From NCBI RefSeq assembly GCF_044704955.1, contig NC_091985.1, forward strand, positions 6,014,001 through 6,078,000: a stretch of DNA of 64,000 nucleotides. Direction: 5' to 3'. Position 1 is the stretch's first letter; the number at the start of each line of letters is the position of its first letter. The translations under genes and the position numbers were made by a program. Under the pieces are notes generated by a model. The model ran no database searches. It saw only the letters and a list, made by a program, of their open reading frames with translations, and was not told the DNA's origin. Positions 22,715 to 36,457 of the stretch are shown here, one piece after another. This DNA comes from Pristiophorus japonicus (Eukaryota).

Positions 22715-25700
22715 CATAGAAACATAGAAAATATTCTTCCTGCATCTAACCTGTCTAAACCCGTCAGAATTTTAAACGTTTCTATGAGGTCCCCTCTCAT
22801 TCTTCTGAACTCCAGTGAATACAAGCCCAGTTGATCCAGTCTTTCTTGATAGGTCAGTCCCACCATCCCAGGAATCAGTCTGATGAATCTTCGCTGCACT
22901 CCCTCAATAGCAAGAATGTCCTTCCTCAAGTTAGGAGACCAAAACTGTACACAATACTCCAGGTGTGGCCTCACCAAGGCCCTGTACAACTGTAGCAACA
23001 CCTCCCTGCCCCTGTACTCAAATCCCCTCGCTATGAAGGCCAACATGCCATTTGCTTTCTTAACCGCCTGCTGTATCTGCATGCCAACCTTCAATGACTG
23101 ATGTACCATGACACCCAGGTCTCATTGCAGCTCCCCTTTTCCTAATCTATCACCTTTCAGATAATAGTCTGTCTCTCTGTTTTTACCACCAAAGTGGATA
23201 ACCTCACATTTATCCACATTATACTTCATCTGCCATGCATTTGCCCACTCACCTAACCTATCCAAGTCGCTCTGCAGCCTCATAGCATCCTCCTCGCAGC
23301 TCACACTGCCACCCAACTTAGTGCCATCCGCAAATTTGGAGATACTACATTTAATCCCCTCGTCTAAATCATTAATGTACAATGTAAACAGCTGGGGCCC
23401 CAGCACAGAACCTTGCGGTACCCCACTAGTCACTACCTGCCATTCTGAAAAGTACCCATTTACTCTTACTCTTTGCTTCCTGTCTGCCAACCAGTTCTCA
23501 ATCCACGTCAGCACACTACCCCCAATCCCATGTGCTTTAACTTTGCACATTAATCTCTTGTGTGGGACCTTGTCGAAAACCTTCTGAAAGTCCAAATATA
23601 CCACATCAACTGGTTCTCCCTTGTCCACTCTACTGGAAACATCCTCAAAAAATTCCAGAAGATTTGTCAAGCATGATTTCCCTTTCACAAATCCATGCTG
23701 ACTTGGACCTATCATGTCACCTTTTTCCAAATGCGCTGCTATGACATCCTTAATAATTGTTTCCATCATTTTACCCACTAGTGATGTCAGGCTGACCGGT
23801 CTATAATTCCCTGTTTTCTCTCTCCCTCCTTTTTTAAAAAGTGGGGTTACATTGGCTACCCTCCACTCGATAGGAACTGATCCAGAGTCAATGGAATGTT
23901 GGAAAATGACTGTCAATGCATCCGCTATTTCCAAGGCCACCTCCTTATGTACTCTGGGATGCAGTCCATCAGGCCCTGGGGATTTATCGGCCTTCAATCC
24001 CATCAATTTCCCCAACACAATTTCCCGACTAATAAAAATTTCCCTCAGTTCCTCCTCCTTACTAAACCCTCTGACCCCTTTTATATCCTGAAGGTTGTTT
24101 GTGTCCTCCTTAGTGAATACCGAACCAAAGTACTTGTTCAATTGGTCTGCCATTTCTTTGTTCCCCGTTATGACTTCCCCTGATTCTGACTGCAGGGGAC
24201 GTACGTTTGTCTTTGCTTACCTTTTTCTCTTTACATATCTATAGAAGCTTTATCAGTCCGTCTTAATGTTCCCTGCAAGCTTCTTCTCATACTCTATTTT
24301 CCCTGCCCTAATCAAACTCTTTGTCCTCCTCTGCTGAGTTCTAAATTTCTCCCAGTCCCCGGGTTCGCTGCTATTTCTGGCCAATTTGTATGCCACTTCC
24401 TTGGCTTTAATACTATCCCTGATTTTCCTTGATAGCCACGGTTGAGCCACCTTCCCTTTTTTATTTTTACGCCAGACAGGAATGTACAATTGTTGTAGTT
24501 ATTCCATGCGGTCTCTAAATGTTTGCCATTACCCATCCACAGTCAACCCCTTAAGTATCATTCGCCAATCTATCCTAGCCAATTCACGCCTCATACCTTC
24601 AAAGTTATCCTTCTTTAAGTTCTGGACCATGGTCTCTGAATTAACTGTTTCATTCTCCATCCTAATGTAGAATTCCACCATATTATGGTCACTCTTCCCC
24701 AAGGAGCCTCGCACAACGAGATTGCTAATTAATTCTCTCTCATTGCACAACACCCAATCGAAGATGGCCTCCCCCCTAGTTGGTTCCTCGACATATTGGT
24801 CTAGAAAACCATCCCTTATGCACTCCAGGAAATCCTCCTCCACCGTATTGCTTCCAGTTTGGTTAGCCCAATCTATAAGCATATTAAAGTCACCCATGAT
24901 AACTGCTGCACCTTTATTGCATGCACCCCTAATTTCCTGTTTGATGCCCTCCCCAACATCACTACTACTGTTTGGATGTCTGTACACAACTCCCACTCAC
25001 GTTTTTTGCCCTTTGGTGTTCTGCAGCTCTACACATATAGATTCCACATCATCCAAGCTAATGTCCTTCCTAACTATTGCATTAATCACCTCCTTAACCA
25101 GCAATGCTACCCCACCTCCTTTTTCTTTTATTCTATCCTTCCTGAATGTTGAAACCCTTGGATGTTGAGTTCCCAGTCCTGATCATCCTGGAGCCACGTC
25201 TCTGTAATCCCAATCACACCATATCTGTTAACATCTATTTGCACAGTTAATTCATCCACCTTATTACGGATACTCCTTACATTAAGACACAAAGCCTTCA
25301 GGCTAGTTATTTTAACACCCTTTGCCGTTTAGAATTATGGTGTAGTGTGGCCCTTTTTGCTTCTTGCCTTTGTTTACTCGGCCTTCCATTATTGCTTTTT
25401 ACCTTTCTACCATCTGTTTCTGACTCCATATTACTTTTCCCTGTCTCACTGCATAGGCTCCCATCCCGCTGCCATATTAGTTTAAACACTCCCGAACTGC
25501 ATTAACAAATGTTACCCCCAGGACATCAGTTCCAGTCCTGCCCAAGTGCAAACCGTCCCTTTTGTACAGGTCCCACTTCCCCCAGAACTGGTTCCAATGT
25601 CCTAGGAATTTGAATCCCTCCCTCTTGCACCACTGCTCAAGCCATGAATTTATTCTAACTATCCAACTCCTTCTACTCTGATTAGCACGTGGCACTGGTA

Positions 25701-26247
25701 GCAATCCAGAGATTACTACCTTTGAGGTCCTATTTTTAATTTAACTCCTAGCTCCCTAAATTCAGCTTGTAGGACCTCTTCTTGCTTCTTACCTATATCG
25801 TTGGTATCTACATGTACCACGACAACTGGCTGTTCACCCTCCCTCTCCAGAATGCTCTGCAGCTGCTCCGAGACATCCTTGACCCTTGCACCAGGGAGGC
25901 AACATACCATCCTGGAGTCTCGGTTGCGGCCGCAGAAACTCCTATCTATTTCCCTTACAATAGAGTTCCCTATCACTATAGCTCTCCCCCTCTTTTGCCC
26001 GTCCTTCTGTGCAGCAGAGCCACCCATGGTGCCATGAACCTGGCTGCTGCTGCCCTCCCGTGATGAGTCATCTCCCCCAACAGTATCCAAAACGGTCTTT
26101 CTGTTTTGGAGGGAGATGACCGCAGGGGACCCCTGCACTACCTTCCTGCTCTTGCCTTGTCTCTTGGTCACCCATTCGCTCTCTGTCCTAACCCTTATCT
26201 GCGGTGTAACCAACTCACTAAATGTGCTATCCACAACATTCTCAGCA
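22715..26247 (-). mobile_element. CR1 LINE, long copy (ORF1 esterase + ORF2 EN/RT), with a 3' internal deletion
   Basis: ORF1 AIVIGNSIVR...CCLPGARV..V.TND (SGNH-like), EN GVVYR..GDFN..SDH, RT 343-aa ORF; the tail is joined directly after DAGRI. Confidence 0.95.
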
Positions 26248-26569
26248 ATGGTAGCATCATGGTTATATCATTGGATGAATAATCCAGAGGCCTGGATTAA
26301 TGATCCAGAGACATGAGTTCAAATCCCACCACGGCAGCTGGGGAATTTAAATTCAGTTCATAAATAAACCTGGAATAAATTGCCAATGTCAGTAATGGTG
26401 ACCATGAAACTACAGGATTGTCGTAAAAACCCTTCTGGTTCATTAATGTCCTTTCGGGAAGGAAATCTGCTGCCCTTGCCCGGTCTGGCCTATATGTGAC
26501 TCCAGACCCAGTGCAATGTGGTTGACCCTTAATTGCCCTCTGAAATGGTCTAGCAAGCCACTCAGTTGT

Positions 26570-27542
26570 CATCATCATCATAGGCAGTCCCTCGAAGACT
26601 AGCTTCCACCCTAAAAGTGAGTTTTCAGGTGACTGAACCGTCTAATACGGGAATTACAGTCTCTGTCACAGGTGGGACACACAGTGGTGGATGGAAAGGT
26701 TGGGTGGGGTATCTGGTTTACCGCACGCTCCTTCCACTATCTGCGATTAGTTTCTGCATGCTCTCGGCGACGAGACTCCAGGTGCTCAGCATCCTCCCGG
26801 TTGCTCTTCCTCCACTTAGGGCAGTCTTGGGCCAGGGATTCCCAGGTGCCGGTGGGGGATGTTATCAAGGAGGCTTTGAGGGTGTCCTTGAAATGTTTCC
26901 TCTGCCCACCTGGGGCTTGCTTGCCGTGTAGCAGTTCCATGTAGCAGCATGGAGACCCCGACCTGCGTGAGAACTCCAGCGGCAAGTCAGGGCCATAAAA
27001 GGAGCAGAGCTACGGTGGCCCAGGAGCAGCGTGGAGGCATGCCACTTCAGGGAGCAGTGCGAGCTGGTGCAGGAGGACAATGGCAGTGAAGAGTGACGTC
27101 ATCAAGGTCCAGGTCGGTGATTGGAGCATGGACAGATACAGCAGGAGCGGTGAGAGACTGTGGAGGGATGTGATCGGGGCCCAGGAGAGGCGTGAGTTCA
27201 GGGCCAGGGGCCCAGGGATAGCACGGGCCATACCCACACTGCGATATGTGTGCGCACTAGGTCCATGCAGCAGTGCTGGTCTCCAGTTGTTTTGGATAAT
27301 CCTTACCACTGGACCAAGACCTAGCTCTGTCAAACTTGTCTGGTGGCTGGTGTGCAACGGCCACCACACGTTAAAAAACTCCACACACAGGCATCTTTTA
27401 CCCTTCAGGATGTAGTTCAGGACCTGGAATATTAGGTTCTTCATTGAAACACTTGTGAACTCATACTTTTTTAGTGTGGAAGCAAGTCATCCTCATTTCG
27501 AGGAACTGCCTATGATGAGCAGTTCCGAGTAGAGCACTTGCT
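26570..27542 (-). mobile_element. RTE-clade LINE 3' fragment, itself interrupted by 26939-27517
   Basis: ELLHGKQAPGGQRKHFKDTLKASL..WESLAQD..WR; (atg)n tail. Confidence 0.85.
26939..27517 (+). mobile_element. Non-autonomous RTE-dependent short element (RTE 3' tail, no ORF)
   Basis: Ends gtggaagcaagtcatcctc..cgaggaactgcctatgatg, as do the RTE copies; TSD agcagttcc (26930-26938, 27518-27526). Confidence 0.75.
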
Positions 27543-28378
27543 CTCAGTTGTATAAGGCGGCTCACCACCTCCTTCTCTAAGGCAATTAGGGATGGGCAAT
27601 AAATGCTGGCCTTGCCGGCGATGCCCACGAATAAATGAATAAAAATATTGGAAATAAACAATAGGAGCTACCCGTGCCCCAGGGGAAGGACAGCACGTGT
27701 TGTGGGGTAGGTAAAGCAAACCCAGAACAATACTTTCAGATATAACCAGGGCAGGAGGGCACAGTCAGGATTGTAAAGGCCAAGTTTAGGACTCAGTTAT
27801 TTGAAGACGGTGATCAAAAGCTGGAACAGGTTCCCAGGCGAGGCCAGAACACGGGACAGGTTTACAAACCGCTGGACACTGCAATGGGACGATGGTAGCA
27901 TTGGAATTCTGGAAGGATGAGATGAAGCGGAACGTGAGCCTTCTGCATCTGAACCGACATCAGAATCTTGTGTTGGGTATCGCAAAATATTACTAAAACT
28001 GGCAGCTTTTTTCCTGATTTTCTGCTCCTTTTAATACCAACCTCCGTGGTAAAAGCAGCAAAGAACATATCCACAGCAGGAGTTCTGAGTTCAGTTGCAG
28101 TGTGTGTGTTTTTGGGCTGCCTGTTCACACTGGGATTGTTGGTCAGTGCAGGGCAATGTGAGACAGCTAAGCTCAGGATATGTTTGAACAACTCGGCTAC
28201 AAATTACTGATGATACACATTGGGGCAGAAATCCCGGCCTCCCCGAGTCTGTACGGAGTGTGTACGGACCGGGGAAGGCATCGTAAATGCCGGTTTTCGT
28301 TGTACGTGCGCTGAAAACCGGCTTTTCTGATCTGTCAAGCTCTGTCTTCCGTATCCCCACAACCAGGACATTCGCATG

Positions 28379-31300
28379 TTAAGTTTCTGTTAAGTTAGTA
28401 TTTAGTCTTTAAATAAAGGTTAGTTAAATCAGCTGATTGCCGAGTAATTGCTGGGTGTGTTTTGCTAAGGTTAGAGTTTAGTTCTCCCTGAAAGTTCCGA
28501 GTGTACAAGAGGGATGGCAGGGCAGCTCAGTCCCGTGGATTGCACATCCTGTGGCATGTGGGAAATCCTGGATGCTTCACGCAGCCGGGACGACCACATG
28601 TGCGGGAGCTGCACCAACTCAAATTCCAACTTGGAACTTGAGCGACGGCTGGAGCCACTGCAGTGCATCCTTGAGACAGAGCTACATGGATAGCACATTT
28701 CTGGAGGTGGTCACCCCGCAGCTTAAGAGTGTGCAGGCAGATAGAGGTTGGGTGACTGGCGGACAGAAGAGGAGGACAAGGCAGGTAATGCAGGCGTCTC
28801 CTGAGTCCATCTCGCTCTCCAACCGGTACTCTGTTCTGAGTACTGGTGGGGGGATGGTGGCTCTGGTGAGAGCAGCCAGAGCCAAATCCACAGCACCACG
28901 GGTGGCTCAGCTGCACAGGGGGGGAGGAAGAAGAATGGAAGGGCTATCGTGGTCGGGGATTCAATAGTCAGGGGAGCAGACAGGCATTTCTGCGGCCGCA
29001 GACGTTACTCCAGGATGGTATGTTGCCTCCCTGGTGCAAGGGTCAAGGAAGTCACCGAGCGGTTGCAGGGCATTCTGGGGAGAGAGGGTCCATATCAGGA
29101 CCAATTATATAGGTAGAAAGAGGGATGAGGTCCAGCAGGCAGAATTTAGGGAGCTAGGAGAGATTAAAAAACAGGACCTCAAAGGTAGTAAGCTCCAGAT
29201 TACTTCCGGTGCCACGAGCTGGTGAGTACAGAAATAGGAGGATAGAGCAGATGAGAGATGGTGCAGGCGGGAGGGCTTTAGTTTTCTGAGGCATTGGGAC
29301 CACTTCTGGGAGAGGTGGGACCTGTACAAGCCAGACGGGTTGCACCTCAACAGAGTAGGGACCAATATCCTCGCGGGGGCGGAGGGGGGGGAGCGGTTGC
29401 TAGTGCTGTTGGGGAGGATTTAAACTAGCTTGGCAGGGGGATGGGAACCTGAAAATAGATTCAGTAGGGAGGGGAGTAAAGCTGGAATTAGAAAGCAAAA
29501 ATAAAGAAAGTGAGTTTGAAGGAGAGAGGAAACAAGCAGGAAAAATGGGTAAAAAAAACAAATTTAAAGGCACTTTGTCTAAATGCACGTAGCATTTGTA
29601 ACAAAATAGATGAGTTGACGGCACAAATAAATAAAAATGGGTATGATCTGATGGCCATTACAGAGACTTGTTTGCAAGGTGACCAGGACTGGGAATTAAA
29701 TATTCAGGGATACATGACAAATGGGAAGGACAGACAGAAAGGAAAAGGAGGTGGGGTAGCTCTATTGATAAAGGAGGGAATCACTGCAATAGTGAGAAAT
29801 GATATTGGCTCAAATAATCAGGATGTTGAATCAGTTGGGGTAGAGATAAGGACTAATAAGGGGGAAAAGTCACTGATGGATATAGTCTATAGGCCCCCTA
29901 ACAGTAGCTACACTGCTGGTCAGAGTAAAAACCAGGAAATAGTGGGGGCTTGTAAAAAGGGAACAGCAATAATCATGGGTGACTTTAACCTCCATATTGA
30001 TTGGACAAATCAAATTGGTCAGGCTAGCCTTGAGGAGGAGTTCATAGAGTGCATAAGGGATGGGTTCCTTGAGCAATATGTAACGGAACCAACCAGGGGG
30101 TAGGCTATCTTAGATCTGGTCCTGTGTAATGAGACAGGATTAATAAACAATCTCCTAGTATGAGTGATCGTAGCATGGTTGAATTTCAAATTCAGATGGA
30201 GGGTGAGAAAGTTGAATCTCAAACCAGAATATTAAGCTTAAATAAAGAAGACTATGAAGGTATGAGGGCAGAGTTGGCTAAAATGGACTGGGAAAATAGA
30301 TTAAAGTGTAGGACGGTTCATGAACAATAGTGTATATATAAGGAGATATTTCACAATTCTCAAGAAAAATATATCCCAGTGAGGAGGAAAAGGTGTAAAA
30401 GAAAAGATAGCCATCCGTGGCTAACTATAGAAATAAAGGACGGTATCCAATTAAAAACAAGGGCATACAAAGTGGCCAAAACTAGTGGGAGGACAGAAGA
30501 TTGGAAAGCTTTTAAAAGTCAGCAAAGAATGACTAAAAAAATGATTAAGAAAGGAAAGCTAGACTATGAAAGTAAACTAGCACGAAATATAGAAACAGAT
30601 AGCAAGAGTTTCTATAGGTATATAAAAAGGAAAAAAGTGCCTAAGTAAATGTTAGTCCCTTAGAAGAGGAGACCAGGGAATTAGTAATGGGGCACATGGT
30701 GATGGCAGAAACTCTGAACAAATATTTTGTATCAGTCTTTACAGTAGAGGACACAAACTATCATCATCATCATAGGCAGTCCCTATGGATCGAGGAAGAC
30801 TTGCTTCCACTCTTAGCATGAGTTCTTAGGTAGCTGTACAGTCCAATAGGAGAACCACAGTTTCTGTCACAGGTGGGACAGATAGTCGTTGAGGGAAATG
30901 GTGGGTGGGACTGGTTTGCCGCACACGCCTTCCGCTGCCTGTGCTTGATTTCTGCATGTTCTCGGCGACAATACTCGAGGAGCTCAGCGCCCTCCCAAAT
31001 GCACTTCCTCCACATAGGGCGGTCAATTGCCAAGATCTCCCAGGTGTGAGTGGGGATGTTGCACTTTATCAGGGAGGCTTTAAGGGTGTCCTTGTAACGT
31101 TTCCTCTGCCCGCCTTTGGCTCGTTTGCCGTGGACGAGTTCCGAATAGAGCGCTTGCTTTGGGAGTCTCATGTCTGACATGCGAACTATGTGGCCTGCCA
31201 GCGGAGCTGATCAAGTGTGGTCAGTGCTTCAATGCTGGGGATGTTGGCCTAGACGAGAGCACTAATGTTTGTGCGTCTGTCCTCCCAGGGCATTTGTAGG

Positions 31301-33420
31301 ATCTTGCGGAGGCATCGCTGGTGGTATTTCTACAGCGACTTGAGGTGTCTACTGTACATGGTCCACGTCTCTGAGTCATACAGGAGGGCGGCTATTACTA
31401 CGTCCCTGTAGACCATGAGCTTGGTGACAGTTTTGAGGGCCTGATCTTCAAACAGGTGGCTGAAGGCTGCATTGGCGCACTGGAGGCGGTGTTGGATCTC
31501 ATCATTAATGCCTGCTCTTGTTGATAGGAGGCTCCAGAGATAGGGGAAGTGGTCCACGTTGTCCAGGGCCACACCATGGATCTTGATGTTTGGGGAACAG
31601 TGCTGTGCGGCGAGGACAGACTGGTGTAAGGCCTTTGGCTTGCTAATGTTTAGCATCAGACCCATGCTTTCATACGCCTCGGTAAATACGTCGAATATGT
31701 CCTGGAGTTCAGCCTCTGTGTGTGCACAAACTATATCCCAACAGTGGATAGTCAAGGGCTATAGGGGTGGGGGAAGAAACTTAACACAATCACAATCACT
31801 AAGGAGGTGGTACTCAGTAATATAATGGTACTAAAGGCAGATAAATCCCCTGGACTTGATGGCTTGCATCCTCGGGTCTTAAGAGAAGTTGTGGCAGGGA
31901 TAGTGGATGCCTTGGTTGTAATTTACCAAAATTCCCTGGATTCTGGGGAGGTCCCAGCAGATTGGAAAAGTACAAATGTAATGCCCCGAGTTAAAAAAGG
32001 AGGCAGATAAAAAGCAGGAAACTATAGACCAGTTAGCCTAACATCTGTGGTTGGGAAAATGTTGGAGTCCATTATTAAAGAAGCTGTAACAGGACATTTG
32101 GAAAAGCATAATTCAGTCAGCATGGATTTATGAAGGGGAAGTTTGACAAATTTGCTGGAATTCTTTGAGGATGTAACGAACAGGGTGGATAAAGGGGAAC
32201 CAGTGGATGTGGTATATTTGGACTTCCAGAAGGCATTTGACAAGGTGCCACATAAAAGGTTACTGTACAAGATAAAAGTTCACAGGGTTGGGGGTAATAT
32301 ATTAGCATGGATAGAGGATTGGCTAACTAACAGAAAACAGAGAGTCGGAATAAATGGTTCATTCACGGGTTGGCAATCAGCAACTAGTGGGGTGCCTCAG
32401 TGGTGGGACCCCAACTATTTATAATCTATATTAATGACCTGGAAGAAGGGACTGATTGTAATGTAGACACTTTTGTTGACGATACAAAGATGGGAGGAAA
32501 AGCAATGTGTGAGGAGGACACAAAAAAATCTGCAAAAGGACAAAGACCATAGACAGGCTAAGTGGGCAAAAATTTGGCAGATGGAATATAATGTTGGAAA
32601 GTGTGAGGTCATGCACTTTGGCAGAAAAAAACCAAAGAGTAAGTTATTATTTAAATGGAGAAAAATTGCAAAGTGCTGCAATACAGTGGGGCCTGGAGGT
32701 ACTTCTGCATGAAACGCAGTTAATATGCAGGTACAGCAAGTGATCAGGAAGGCAATGGAATCTTGGCCTTTATTGCAAAGGGGATGGAGTATGAAAACAG
32801 AGAAGTCTTGCTACCCTTATACAGGGTATTGGTGAGGCCACCCCTGGAATACTGCGAGCAGTTTTGGTTTCCATATTTACGCAAAGATATATTGCTTTGA
32901 TGGCAGTTCAGAGAAGGTTCAGATTCCGGAGATGAGGGGGTTGACTTATGAGGAAAGGTTGAGTAGTTTGGGCCTCTACTCATTGGAATTCAGAAGAATG
33001 AGAGGTGACCTTATCAAAATGTATAAGATTATGAGGGGGCTTGACAAGGTGGATGCAGAGAGGATGTTTCCACTGATGGGGGAGACTAGAACTAGGGGGC
33101 ATAATCTTCGAATAAAGGGCCGCCCATTTAAAACTGAGATGAGGAGGAATTTCTTCTCTCAGAGGATTGTAAATCTGTGGAATTCGCTGCCTCAGAGAGC
33201 TGTGGAAGCCGGTACATCGAATAAATTTATGACAGAGATAAACAGTTTCTTAACTGATAATAAGGGAATACTGGAATAAAGGGAGCAGGCAGGGAAGTGG
33301 ACCGGAGTCCATGATCGGATCAGCCCTGATCGGATCAGCCATGATGGTATTAAATGGCGGAGCAATCTCGAAGGGCCATATGGCCTACTCCTGCTCCTAT
33401 TTCTTATGTTCTTATGTTCT
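28379..33420 (+). mobile_element. Near full-length CR1 LINE (5' UTR, ORF1 zinc finger/esterase, ORF2), degenerate
   Basis: MAGQLSPVDCTSCGMW, VGDSIVRG..CCLPGARV, CLNARSI..AITET..GGGVAL..GDFN, RT and C-terminal motifs, (ttcttatg)n tail. Confidence 0.95.
30762..31724 (-). mobile_element. RTE-clade LINE 3' fragment nested in CR1
   Basis: DHFPYL.S..S..I.DEIQHRL..A..AF, RLPKQALYSEL..GKRAKGGQRKRYKDTLK; (atg)n tail; 10-bp TSD cacaaactat (30752-30761, 31725-31734). Confidence 0.93.
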
Positions 33421-34115
33421 AATGGTCAAGATTGTGGTACTTACCCAGCTCTTGCCCAGCTTATGTCCTGAAAACTCTTGCGCTGGTAAAAGCAGGCACA
33501 TACTTTACTTTTACCAGTGTAAGTGTTTTAAAACATACAAAAACATAAAAATAAAATTTTAAAAACACATGTTAATGTTAAAAATGCTGCCCACTAATGT
33601 AAGTTTATTTTAAACCACAATGAAAAATCTTTTTAAAAAATTGGAAAAATATATTTTTCTTCCAAGACTTTAATTTAAATTAATCTCAAATATGTGATGT
33701 ATTTTTTCTATTTTTTATTTGTGTTTGAGTGTTGTGGGAGGGGAGTGTTTCTCAATCATAATAATGAGAACTACTTGCGGAGTTCCCATTATTATGAATG
33801 AGAAAATACTTTACCTGGATTGGCTGCCCAGTGCCATGTCACTCTAGCTCCAGCAGATGTCCGTCCTGACGTGCACACGCTCCGATGTGCAGGGAGAGTA
33901 GGCCTCAGGACCAGGATCTCTGGTGGGCGCAGCAGAGGTAGATGCACATCTTTTTTACCATTTTATGTCGAGCGCCCGCGGGAAACAGAGGAGTGGGATT
34001 TCAGACCAATATCCATTTGCAAACACACAGGAGATTTTATAATCGCTTCAGTTTCAACTTATTACTTTATGTTGTTCCTCATGTGTTCTGATCCTCAGTT
34101 ATTTACTATTCACAG

Positions 34116-34469
34116 GTCTAAAGGCAAGTCTGGTTCTTATCCAGTCCCCAGAAGTTGTGACGGTGCCCGAGGGTGGGACGGTGCTGTTTCGGTGTACCCT
34201 GGAGAGCAGCAATGTGAATGACCGTGTGGATAAATATGATGTACTTTGGTTCCTCTCACAGGATAGGAATCACATAATATTTACTCATTATGCAGATGGT
34301 AGGGTTTACCGATCACGCAGTTTCTCTGAGCGGTTTCAGCTTTCCAGAGATGTTGCCAGCAATAGCTGCATTCTGACCATCAGAGGCGTGCAGCGCAGAG
34401 ACAGCGCTGTCTATATCTGTGGTATTTTGGGAACAATCTATGGAAATGGAAACTGGCTGAATGTAACCA
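34116..34469 (+). CDS. Ig V-set exon 1 with germline-joined J/G strand (non-rearranging VJ-type IgSF domain)
   Basis: Acceptor ttcacag|G at 34115/6 and donor A|GTAAGT at 34470; 354 nt, phase 1/1, open. (G)LKASLVLIQSPEVVTVPEGGTVLFRC...VLWF...ERFQLSRD..NSCILTI..VQRRDSAVYIC GILGTI YGNGNWLNVT has the canonical Cys, Trp, DxAxYxC and a [F/Y]GxG motif. Confidence 0.9.
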
Positions 34470-35006
34470 GTAAGTACATTCTACATAATATTGGTTTTAT
34501 ATCTAATAATGTTATAATACCAACATCTCGTGTTTAATTAAATGTTATATAACGTTGTCACTTTTACAGTAACAACACTGAGTGGAAGTTCTAAACACAG
34601 AATGGAGGGTGAAATCTGGGACAAACTCCATTTGTTTTCAATTGAACAAAAGCGTGTGAGCACATGGTGGGACAAAACCTCACACACAGGATTCAACGGG
34701 AAAATACATTTTGAAGGAAAAGTGCAGTAATAGGAATAATGGTGACCTACCTGGTTAAATCAGGATATTGACAGGGTATATATCTAAAACAATGCATCTC
34801 TGAGTGACTAAATCTGCACTCATCAATGCAAACAAATGAGCCCTCGACCCTTTCCAAGTTGCAATACACCATCCTTCAGCCTGTTAATGTTATTCAGGAA
34901 TGTGCAATCCGCTTTCAGAATGGCTGGGCGGCAAAGTAGTGCGTCTCGTTTTGGAGTTGAAAGCCAGAAAATATTTAATAATAGAGTCCTGTGAGAAACT
35001 TGTCCA

Positions 35007-35285
35007 TGGGCCTGGAATGTGCCCAATTCACACAGACTGCAGTGGGTCTGGAATGTACCCAATACACACAGACTGTAGTGGGTCTGGAATGTACCCAATA
35101 CACACAGACTGTAGTGGGTCTCGAATATACCCAATACACGCAGACTGTAGTAGGTCTGGAATGTACCCAATACACACAGACTGTAATGGGTCTGGAATGT
35201 ACCCAATACACACAGACTGTCGTGCGTCTGGAATGTACCCAATGCACACAGACTGTAGTGGGTCTAGAATGTGCCCAATACGCAC
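35007..35285. repeat. 36-bp minisatellite, left part (~7.5 units)
   Basis: Unit gtagtgggtctggaatgtacccaatacacacagact. Confidence 0.95.
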
Positions 35286-36457
35286 ATAGAAACATAGAAA
35301 TCTACAGCGCAGAAGGAGGCCATTTAGGCCCATCGTATCCACGCCGGCCAACAAAGAGCCGCGCGGCCCTCGGTCAGCAGCCCTGAAGGTTACATATAAA
35401 CCTATGAACAATGACGGAAAGGTAAATAGCACCCAGCCCAACTAGTCCGCACCACACAATTGCTGTACACCATACACTAAAACATTCTACATTCCACCCC
35501 AACCGGAGCCGTGTGATCTCCTGGGAGAGGCAAAAACTAGATAAAAACCCAGGCCTATTGGGGGGAAAAAAATCTGGGAAAAGTCCTCTCCGACCCATCC
35601 AGGCAATCAAAACTATTCCAGGAGATCACCCAGGCCATTTTCGATTCCCTGCGGTACTTACCATTATATCTGCACCAGCCAACAAGACATTATCCAGTCT
35701 AATCCCACTTGCCAGCTCTCGGTCCGTATCCCTGCAGGTTATGGCACTTTAGCTGTCCATCCAACTATCTCTTAAAAGTGGTGATGGTTTCTGCATCTAC
35801 CACTCTTCCAGGCAGTGAGTTCCAGAACCCCAGATCCTCTGCATAAAGAAGCCCCCCCCTCAAATCCCCTCTAAACCATCCACCAACTACCTTAAAACTA
35901 ATAGACCCATCCACCAATTGAAATAGGCCCTTGGTATCCACTATGTCCAGGCCCCTCAATATTTTGTACACCTCGAAGAGGTTTCAATGAGAACAAACCA
36001 AGCCTATCCAATCTGTTCTCATAACTGAGATTCTCCATTCCAGGCAGCATCCTTGTAAATCTCCTCTGCACCCTCTCTCATGCAATCATGTCCTTCCTAT
36101 AATACCGTGACCAGAACTGCATGCAGTACTCCAGCTGTGGCCTAAGCAAAGTATTATACAATTTAAGCATAACCTCCCTGCTCTTATATTCTATGCCTCG
36201 GTCAATAAAGGCAAGCATTCCGTATGCCTTCTTAACCACCTTATCCACCTGGCCTGCAACTTTCAGTGATCTGTGGACAAGCACTCCAAGGGCCCTTTGT
36301 TCATCTACACTATTAATTGGCCTACCGCTTAATGTATATACCCTTTCCTTATTAGTCCTCCGAAAGTGCATTACCTCACACTTCTGTGAACTTCCATCTG
36401 TCCACCTGATCAATAGCTTGATATCCTCCTGCAGCCCATGACATTCCTCTTCATTAT

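Larger units (their letters stand above)
26248..27650 (+). mobile_element. tRNA-derived SINE split by a nested RTE insertion (SINE parts 26248-26569 and 27543-27650)
   Basis: B-box gagttcaaatccc at ~26315; tail ggcaattagggatgggcaataaatgctggcc; TSD ctcagttgt (26561-26569, 27543-27551) brackets the insert. Confidence 0.7.
28222..34007. mobile_element. Harbinger-like MITE split by a CR1 (parts 28222-28378 and 33421-34007)
   Basis: TIR-like gggcagaaatccc / gggatttcagacc. The halves ggacattcgcat + ggtcaagattgtgg match the uninterrupted related element at ~48660 (ggacatttgcacgggcaagattgtgg). Confidence 0.65.

Noticed and set aside
27968-28210. Hydrophobic stretch VLSSVAVCVFLGCLFTLGLL in host DNA just 5' of the MITE preceding V1, as a leader or TM exon
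   Set aside because: No in-frame ATG near it, and the only nearby donor (gtcagt) is phase 0, incompatible with the phase-1 V exon. Could be a decayed leader but not supportable.
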